The position numbers and the translations under genes were made by a program. A stretch of DNA of 32,354 nucleotides from Parasitella parasitica NRRL 2501 (lineage: Eukaryota > Fungi > Mucoromycota), in contig MU619434.1 in assembly GCA_025201805.1 (NCBI GenBank), forward strand, positions 1-32,354, in the 5' to 3' direction. Within the stretch, counting starts at the first letter, position 1; each line of letters starts with the position of its first letter. Below the pieces are notes generated by a model. The model did no database searches, was not told where the DNA came from, and saw only the letters and a program-made list of their open reading frames with translations. This document shows positions 25,980-32,354 of the stretch, piece by piece.

Positions 25980-26613
25980 TGACATGAGAGAAATGGTGTT
26001 TGTAGCATATTTCTTTTTATTTTTGAAGCTCAATAGGATACTGACAGTTGATGTTTATTTTCTTTGATGTTATTATGGTCGAATTGGTGGAAAGGGTTCA
26101 AAATATGGAATGAAAGGCTCTCAATTTGGATTTCATCTAATTAACAATAGCAATAACAACATATATATCTTTCTTACAACAGAAACAACAAGAATAATGT
26201 CAACAAAATCATCTCTTCGATCACATTCTTCTATTTAATTTTATTTTATTTTAATTCCTTATCATATTCAAGCATCTGCCGCACAGATTGCAACATTTTC
26301 TAGTTAGCCATTTAGTATAAATATCTCTTTCAATTGCAGGATTTTAATAAAAATAACTTTCCATTTTTATTTTTATAGGTTTCATTTTGACAAGACAACA
26401 TTAGACGTTATTTTCTGTGTTCCTTAATAACTTGTAAGTTACATGATGATGATTACAGAGAGGATCAACTGGATGATGTTTATTAACATAGCTCTGATTC
26501 ATTTTGTAATTTTTAGCTTGTTAATTACATCTAAATCCAATATCCTTCAAGTTAAAGAATTTCCATTTGATCAAACCGATCATATTTCGAACTATTCTCA
26601 TTTATCCGTTTCA
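25980..26613 (+). repeat. 5' LTR (start certain; end either ATGTCA at 26202 or TTTCA at 26613)
   Basis: Start fixed by identity with 32260 onward. TATAAATA (about 26316), AATAAA (about 26346) and a TGG-starting PBS candidate at 26617 favour the longer LTR. The perfect TGACAT/ATGTCA inverted termini favour the 223-bp LTR. Confidence 0.6.
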
Positions 26614-26616
26614 TTT

Positions 26617-26635
26617 TGGAGCAGCTACCGTGTTT
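26617..26635 (+). promoter_or_regulatory. Candidate primer-binding site TGGAGCAGCTACCGTG
   Basis: TGG follows ...TCA plus TTT, about 85 nt before the gag ATG. The cognate tRNA was not identified. Confidence 0.4.
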
Positions 26636-26700
26636 ATTTTCTATTCTTGGTTATCTCTGTTTATCATCTCCTATCAACTTACCTGTTTCTGTTTTATCGA

Positions 26701-27711
26701 ATGCCTGAGAAGAAAGAAAGCGCTACTGAAGGATCAACATCTGTTAGAGGGTCGTCTTCGTCGTTTGCTTTGGAAGATGTACGTACTGGTGCCACGGCTC
26801 GCATGAGCAAGTTTATCAACCGTCCTAAGTTGTTTTCGGGTATAATGACTGAGGGAGGAGAAAGGCCAAATCCTCGTGCGTGGTTAAGATCGTTGGACAC
26901 CCTGAGAAAGGGAATGGAATTTAGAGATGATGAAATTATTTTGGTTGCTGGTTCTTACCTGGTTGGTCCTGCAAATATTTGGTGGAATGCAGTCGAGTCA
27001 ACAATCAATACATACAATCAGTTTGTTCGTGAATTTACTGCACAATTTGCAAGTCAAGCCCAAATAGATGAGTGGTGGTCAGAATTGGAATCCATGAAGC
27101 AAGGTGATAACTCTGTGGATAGTGTCAAGTTTAGACTTCTGGAGTTATTTGAAATCTTGGGAATCTCTGGAGATAGCTCTAAGATTCGTTATTTTATGAA
27201 GGTGATTAGGCCGTCAATCGCTCAAAAGATTGCAGATCAGGGAAATGATAATGGGAATTGGGAGGAAGTGACTCTTGCTGCCAAAAGAATTGAGACTTCA
27301 GACATCAAGTATTCAAGGAGGATTCAGCAAGACGATGTGATCGTATCTAAGCCAGCAGTGTTGATTACTGACAAGATGAGAACCGTAATGAACGATCAAG
27401 ACAGTGACAAACGTAGTAATGGTGGTTCATCCTCACATCCGTTCCCTGATTCTGAGAGTGTTCAATCATTTTCGTCGTTATCCACTATAATGAAGGAGTT
27501 GTGCCAAGAAATGAGTGAATTGAAGTTAACACTGAATACTCAAGCCAATGCCGCTCGTATGCCGCCTCAGTCTGCTCCTCGCTCCGTACCCATTTGCTAT
27601 GATTGTAAGCAGCCAGGCCACATTTCTAGGTATTGCCCAGGCCAGCAACAGAGGCAAAGTGTTTCTTTCAACGATGGATTGTCGGGAAAAGAGGAGGGAC
27701 GTCAACAATAA
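26701..27711 (+). CDS. Gag (capsid plus CCHC zinc knuckle), 336 aa from the probable ATG
   Basis: PKLFSG...PRAWL...YLVGPANIWW...FVREF...MKQG (retrotransposon gag domain); CYDCKQPGHISRYC. Confidence 0.92.
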   Translation: MPEKKESATEGSTSVRGSSSSFALEDVRTGATARMSKFINRPKLFSGIMTEGGERPNPRAWLRSLDTLRKGMEFRDDEIILVAGSYLVGPANIWWNAVESTINTYNQFVREFTAQFASQAQIDEWWSELESMKQGDNSVDSVKFRLLELFEILGISGDSSKIRYFMKVIRPSIAQKIADQGNDNGNWEEVTLAAKRIETSDIKYSRRIQQDDVIVSKPAVLITDKMRTVMNDQDSDKRSNGGSSSHPFPDSESVQSFSSLSTIMKELCQEMSELKLTLNTQANAARMPPQSAPRSVPICYDCKQPGHISRYCPGQQQRQSVSFNDGLSGKEEGRQQ

Positions 27712-27751
27712 ATGCTGATTCTCCAGTTGACGCCCCTAATTTAGAGAATCA
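27684..27751 (+). promoter_or_regulatory. -1 programmed ribosomal frameshift signal: slippery heptamer plus H-type pseudoknot
   Basis: G_GGA_AAA at 27684-27690 is in correct gag phase and pol is in the -1 frame. Stem 1 pairs 27695-27706 with 27726-27737; stem 2 pairs 27716-27723 with 27744-27751. Confidence 0.85.
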
Positions 27752-30524
27752 AAACTCTGAAACCTCTTCTCCAATGGCTAGGAATTACCTTGTTGATACA
27801 GTTCAGCCTTCGGATGGTGTAGATGTTTTTTATGTTGCCAAAAGACACCATAATACTAGCTCGTCCAATGACTCAAATGAAAGGCCAAGTAGAAGACGTC
27901 AGAAGAACCATGATATCAGGAAGGAACCAAGAGTGATCATCAAAGTCCCTCCTAAGTCTAAGCCTGTTGTTGACCCTGCTGATTCAGATGTTGCTGGTCC
28001 TTCTTCACTTTTGGTCGAGCCACCTGCCCCTGAATCAATGATAATTGAGCCGCCTGTTGCGGTGAAGAGGCTGCGTGCTCCACCTAAACGTCTTCCTGTT
28101 GAAAGGAGGGCTCTTGACACTTGGGACAAACTAGATTCGGTTGGTGCACCAATTACATTCAAGGATTGGCTTCTGAGTGATAAAAATGCAAGAGAACAGT
28201 TGAAGCAAGGTTTACGGTTTATTGATGGTCGTAAATCTAGGAAGCTAGAAAAGAGACAGATGAATGGTGTGAATAACATTACTACAGACCAATATACTTA
28301 CAGCTTGTCTTCGGAGGAGTATGATTCCACATCATCGGATGTTGGGTCATCTTACGACGACGGGTACAATGAGAACCAATCAATAGGAAGCCTGGATGTT
28401 CTGGATAATAATGATAGCGATGATGACACTATTTACGATTATCCTTATCATAAACAAGCCTTGTTGTCATCGACGCCCTTGTATGTGAACGGCACCATAT
28501 TTGATCGAAAAGTCAAGGTGGTTATTGACTCTGGATCAAGCATCTCGCTCCTTAGTAAATCAATAGCTATTGAGTTGGGCCTAATTGGTACTGGTGATTG
28601 TATTCCTATTTCTACCTTGGATACAACATCGATAGATCATGTCAAATCTGAAAAGGAACGCGATTGTGAAGTTACTGTAGCTGTTCCTGTTCGCATTGGT
28701 GGCAAGCTTCGAAGCGAACATATGATTATCAAGGACGATAGTGCTTGTATTCGTGGTGAGGCAGTTGTTCTTCTTGGTATGACTTGGTTGCGACAATACG
28801 ATATTAAGATTCATACAAAGGAGGCACTGATTGAGATTCCAGTCAAGAATGGAGGCTCGTCAATTCTAGTTCAAGGATGGTGCACTGAAGAAAGAGGGGT
28901 ATTGACTTCACCTGCTTCTATAAGAGAAGTTTTTGCTGTATCTGTGTTTGGAGGTAGTTCTGTGACTGATGAGGTCAAGATCGGTCCAATTGATACAACC
29001 TTTAACCTGGACACTCAATACAAGTATATCCCTGACACCTTAAGGTCTTATCTTGAGGAGGCATTACCGAGTGACGATGAGGTACCCGACACAAGGTCTA
29101 AAGTGGATGACGATGTGGAGAAATACTTTAACGAAAGACTTAAGGAGATGCCTCAATCATTAGCTCGTTTACTGACAAAATGCAAGTTACAATTCTCGGA
29201 GTTTGGTGGCCTTGGTTGTATTAAGGGTGCAGAACATAGAATACAATTGAAGCCTGGTGTAACGCCGGTGCGATCAAGACCTTACAAGATAACTTGGGAA
29301 GAAGATGAGTTTTTGCGTGAAGAATTGGATCGATTGTTATCTCTTGGTGTCATCCGCAGGTCTTCTGGTTTGTGGACTTCACCAGTATTTTTTGTCAAAA
29401 AGAAGCCAGCTGGTCTTAGAATGGTTTATGATTTGAGAGCTTTGAACCAAAGGACTGTTCGTGAAGATTTCCCTTTACCAAGGATTCAAGATCTGCTAGA
29501 CGGTTTCCATGGTGCCAAGTACTTTTCAGTATGTGACGCTTGCAGTGGATTTTTGCAAATCAAGTTGTCAGATGATTCCATTCCTCTCACAGGGCATATT
29601 ACTAAGTATGGCTGTTTTGAAATGACTCGAATGCCGTATGGATGTCAAGGTGGTCCTGGGACCTACTCTAGGGAAATGCTTAAGATGTTAGGACCTTATA
29701 TTGGTGAATGTTTTCAGGTTTTTATTGACGACATTTGTATTTTTTCTGCAACGTATGATGAGCATTTGAAGCACCTTGAATTGTTATTTAATATCTGTAA
29801 TGAATACAACTTGAAGTTGAGATTTGCCAAATGTCATTTTATGAAGCCATCAGTGGAATATTTGGGACACACAATATCAAGGAAAGGCGTAACGTCGACA
29901 CAAAGAAACGTACAGAAGCTGCTCGATATGGAGGTGCCTAAGGACACTGCGGGTGTAAAGTCTTTTGTGGCTACAGCAAACTTTTACCGTCGAAGCCTCA
30001 AGAATGTTGCTTCGGTTGCAGTTCCTTTGACTGGATTGCTTAAGAAAGGTGTCAAATTTTTATGGGGAGATGAACAGCAGGAAGCATTCGATCAAATCAA
30101 GCAAATGCTGACCACGGCACCTATTTTGGCGTACCCAGACAAGAAGCAAGTGCAGATATTGACGACTGATGCTTCATCTAGAGGTATTGGCTGTATTTTG
30201 TCTCAAAGTCCTGATGGGTCAGAGGCTAATGAAACGGTGGTTGCCTATGGGTCAAGAACATTGCGAGGTGCAGAAACAAGGTACTCAGCTACCCATTTGG
30301 AAGCATTTGCTGTGGTTTGGAGCGTGAATTACTTTAGGCACTATCTGGCTGGGAGACGATTTGTTCTGAGGACAGATCACAGTTCCCTCAAGTTTATTTT
30401 CAAGAATGAAAATCCAACTCCCAAGGTCGATAGGTGGGCTGCTGCTTTGATGGGCTATGACTATGACGTGCGTTATATACGCGGCGTTGACAACCCAACT
30501 GATTCTATTAGTCGTCTTATTTAG
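27684..30524 (+). CDS. Pol: aspartic protease, reverse transcriptase and RNase H (no integrase), expressed by -1 frameshift
   Basis: VVIDSGSS (PR); SPVFFVKK..LRMVYDLRALN, MPYG, FIDD, YLGH (RT); TDAS, LEAFAVVW, TDH, NPTDSISR (RH); TAG at 30522-30524. Confidence 0.96.
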   Translation, partial: GKRGGTSTINADSPVDAPNLENQNSETSSPMARNYLVDTVQPSDGVDVFYVAKRHHNTSSSNDSNERPSRRRQKNHDIRKEPRVIIKVPPKSKPVVDPADSDVAGPSSLLVEPPAPESMIIEPPVAVKRLRAPPKRLPVERRALDTWDKLDSVGAPITFKDWLLSDKNAREQLKQGLRFIDGRKSRKLEKRQMNGVNNITTDQYTYSLSSEEYDSTSSDVGSSYDDGYNENQSIGSLDVLDNNDSDDDTIYDYPYHKQALLSSTPLYVNGTIFDRKVKVVIDSGSSISLLSKSIAIELGLIGTGDCIPISTLDTTSIDHVKSEKERDCEVTVAVPVRIGGKLRSEHMIIKDDSACIRGEAVVLLGMTWLRQYDIKIHTKEALIEIPVKNGGSSILVQGWCTEERGVLTSPASIREVFAVSVFGGSSVTDEVKIGPIDTTFNLDTQYKYIPDTLRSYLEEALPSDDEVPDTRSKVDDDVEKYFNERLKEMPQSLARLLTKCKLQFSEFGGLGCIKGAEHRIQLKPGVTPVRSRPYKITWEEDEFLREELDRLLSLGVIRRSSGLWTSPVFFVKKKPAGLRMVYDLRALNQRTVREDFPLPRIQDLLDGFHGAKYFSVCDACSGFLQIKLSDDSIPLTGHITKYGCFEMTRMPYGCQGGPGTYSREMLKMLGPYIGECFQVFIDDICIFSATYDEHLKHLELLFNICNEYNLKLRFAKCHFMKPSVEYLGHTISRKGVTSTQRNVQKLLDMEVPKDTAGVKSFVATANFYRRSLKNVASVAVPLTGLLKKGVKFLWGDEQQEAFDQIKQMLTTAPILAYPDKKQVQILTTDASSRGIGCILSQSPDGSEANETVVAYGSRTLRGAETRYSATHLEAFAVVWSVNYFRHYLAGRRFVLRTDHSSLKFIFKNENPTPKVDRWAAALMGYDYDVRYIRGVDNPTDSISRLI

Positions 30525-30850
30525 TTTAGTTATGTGTATTGTAGGTTGAACATTGTTAGTCTGCACATTTGGTATTTTAAATTGTTCTACATTTTTATTT
30601 AGCATAGTTAAGATTAACATTATCATTCCTCACATTTACAAAACATATATCTATGAGCCTTAGTTTCTTAAAAAAAAAAGAAAAAGAAGAAGGGACATCC
30701 ATCAAAAACAATTCAAATTTTTATCTTATATCGTATCTTTTATTGAATAAACCTTTTACTCTATATATTTTATTTTATTTATTAGGGGGAATTCTTCTAA
30801 GGAAGAGCCCTTTTGTAGTTCCCATTTTATCTTGCACTCAGTTTACCTTA

Positions 30851-32194
30851 ATGGATTACTCGGATTACATTGGTCTTTTTAACTATTTAACAAGAGGGAT
30901 CTATCCAACGGACGCTACCCTAGGGAGGAAGGCTACTATTAGAAGAAAAGCTAAGAAATATGTAACGCAGGGAGGAAGGATTTACCAAAGAACTATTCAA
31001 GACGGCAAGGAATATCTAGGCAAGGAGCTATTACATGAGGGCATCATTGAACAGATGATTGTTCGGGTTCACCAAGAAGGGCATACTGGAATCTCTAATA
31101 CTTGGAAAAAGGTCAATGTTCAGTTCGCTGGTAAGAAATTGTACGAAAGGGTGGTTTCCTTGGTCAAGTCGTGCATTACCTGTCAAATGAGGCAGAGGAT
31201 ACCTCATCTTCGCGTTACTCCGGGCCATCCAATTCCAACACCTTCAAGACCTTTTTATATGGTTGGTACTGATTGCATTGGTCCCTTGGAAAGAACTCGT
31301 TCAGGTAATAAGTATATCATGGTGGCAAGCGATTATTTGACTCGGTGGCCGATTGCTGTTGCTTGCAGGAAAATTGACGCAGTTACTACTGATAAGTTTC
31401 TCTTTAATAATATTGTTTCCGTATATGGTGTGCCTTCGTTTTTGGTCAGTGATCGTGGCAGCAACTATATGAGTGCTTACTTGCAGTCCTTTTTACGCAG
31501 CTTGGAATGTACACATCGCTTCACTACAAGTCGTCGTCCTCAGTCAAATGGGCAAGTAGAAAGATTGAATCAAACGTTAGTACAGACTATGGCTAAGCTA
31601 ATGCGTGATGATTCTGCTGGAAAACACTGGGACGAATATATCATTCCTGCCTTGATGTGTATACGAACGATGGTAAATGAAGCAACGGGTTTTAGTCCGA
31701 GTATGTTATTATATGGTTACGATATACGTACTCCTTCTACTTGGGTTCCGCCAACTTATGAATTTGATGCTGGTACTACAAATATTGCGATTGAGATTGC
31801 CATTAGAGCGAAGGAAATTGAAGGATGGCTTGTTGATGTGAGGTTGGCAGCGAAGAAGAACTCGGACGACAGGAAGAAGGCAAGAAAGAACATATATGAT
31901 CGTCGTGTAGTACCTAGAGAGCCATTCAAGATTAACGATAAGGTATTGATGAAGGACCATTACCCGTCAAACAAATTCGCTGATCTTTACATTGGTCCGT
32001 TAACGGTGGTCAAGCATAATCCTGGTACAAATACTTATTATTTGATTGGCCCTAATTCAAGACGTGTTGAACATGCTGTTCATGGTGATATACTGCTGCC
32101 ATTTAAGGAGAGATTGAATATGGTTCCTGCTGATCAAGTTACAAGAGCGATGAATAAATTTCAATCATGGTTGGATAAGGCTGCGCTGAATTGA
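30851..32194 (+). CDS. Stand-alone Gypsy-type integrase, 447 aa from ATG 30851 (frame open from ATG 30653)
   Basis: N-terminal YLTRGIYP...IRRKAKKY helix region; HQEGH...CITC (HHCC); GTDCIGP, SDRG, then E 35 residues later (D,D35E); GPY/F-type C-terminus YIGPLTV...VHGD; no chromodomain seen. Confidence 0.93.
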   Translation: MDYSDYIGLFNYLTRGIYPTDATLGRKATIRRKAKKYVTQGGRIYQRTIQDGKEYLGKELLHEGIIEQMIVRVHQEGHTGISNTWKKVNVQFAGKKLYERVVSLVKSCITCQMRQRIPHLRVTPGHPIPTPSRPFYMVGTDCIGPLERTRSGNKYIMVASDYLTRWPIAVACRKIDAVTTDKFLFNNIVSVYGVPSFLVSDRGSNYMSAYLQSFLRSLECTHRFTTSRRPQSNGQVERLNQTLVQTMAKLMRDDSAGKHWDEYIIPALMCIRTMVNEATGFSPSMLLYGYDIRTPSTWVPPTYEFDAGTTNIAIEIAIRAKEIEGWLVDVRLAAKKNSDDRKKARKNIYDRRVVPREPFKINDKVLMKDHYPSNKFADLYIGPLTVVKHNPGTNTYYLIGPNSRRVEHAVHGDILLPFKERLNMVPADQVTRAMNKFQSWLDKAALN

Positions 32195-32248
32195 TTACGG
32201 ATGAATTTCGATGGTGTTGAAGAAGGAAATATACAAAAGAAATAAGCT

Positions 32249-32256
32249 AGGGAGGA
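32249..32256 (+). promoter_or_regulatory. Polypurine tract
   Basis: AGGGAGGA lies 3 nt before the TG of the 3' LTR, within a purine-rich stretch. Confidence 0.8.
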
Positions 32257-32259
32257 TTA

Positions 32260-32354
32260 TGACATGAGAGAAATGGTGTTTGTAGCATATTTCTTTTTAT
32301 TTTTGAAGCTCAATAGGATACTGACAGTTGATGTTTATTTTCTTTGATGTTATT
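32260..32354 (+). repeat. 3' LTR (partial)
   Basis: Identical to 25980-26074. Confidence 0.97.

Larger units (their letters stand above)
25980..32354 (+). mobile_element. Ty3/Gypsy LTR retrotransposon, young and apparently intact, with integrase as a separate ORF; 3' LTR cut by the window edge
   Basis: LTR starts TGACATGAGAG at 25980 and 32260, with 95/95 identical visible bases. Domain order gag-PR-RT-RH-IN; purine tract just before the 3' LTR. Confidence 0.97.

Noticed and set aside
30653-30850. 66-codon N-terminal extension of the integrase ORF from ATG 30653
   Set aside because: Low-complexity translation of A-rich and T-rich spacer DNA; integrase-like sequence starts at Met 30851. Not fully excluded as the real start.
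30522-30852. Stop-codon readthrough or simple frameshift joining RH and IN
   Set aside because: There is a further in-frame TAG at 30600, the frames differ, and the ORFs do not overlap.

Overview
Intron-rich fungal genomic DNA, most consistent with a Mucorales (Mucoromycota) genome; the taxon is inferred from gene structure, composition and the repeat types. About 2.2-17.8 kb is a gene island: PIK1 (-, 7 exons), PGI1 (+, 3 exons), a secreted, probably GPI-anchored LysM protein (-, 5 exons, missed by the ORF track), a decayed FAD-dependent amine oxidase pseudogene (+), an 88-aa orphan ORF carrying a PKI-like RRNAI motif (-), TRF4/PAP2 (-) and MRM2 (-). The flanks (1-2 kb and 18-26 kb) are AT-rich, partly CpG-depleted repeat relics. 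The 18-26 kb block has three assembly gaps, a degenerate ~0.8-kb tandem array, a 236-bp solo LTR with a 5-bp TSD and an L1-like LINE fragment. From 25980 to the window end lies a young Ty3/Gypsy LTR retrotransposon (95/95 visible LTR bases identical) with a -1 frameshift signal and predicted pseudoknot. Unusually, its Pol stops right after RNase H and the integrase is a separate ORF in another frame behind a 326-nt non-coding spacer. The two best leads are this split-integrase element and the candidate fungal PKA-inhibitor microprotein.
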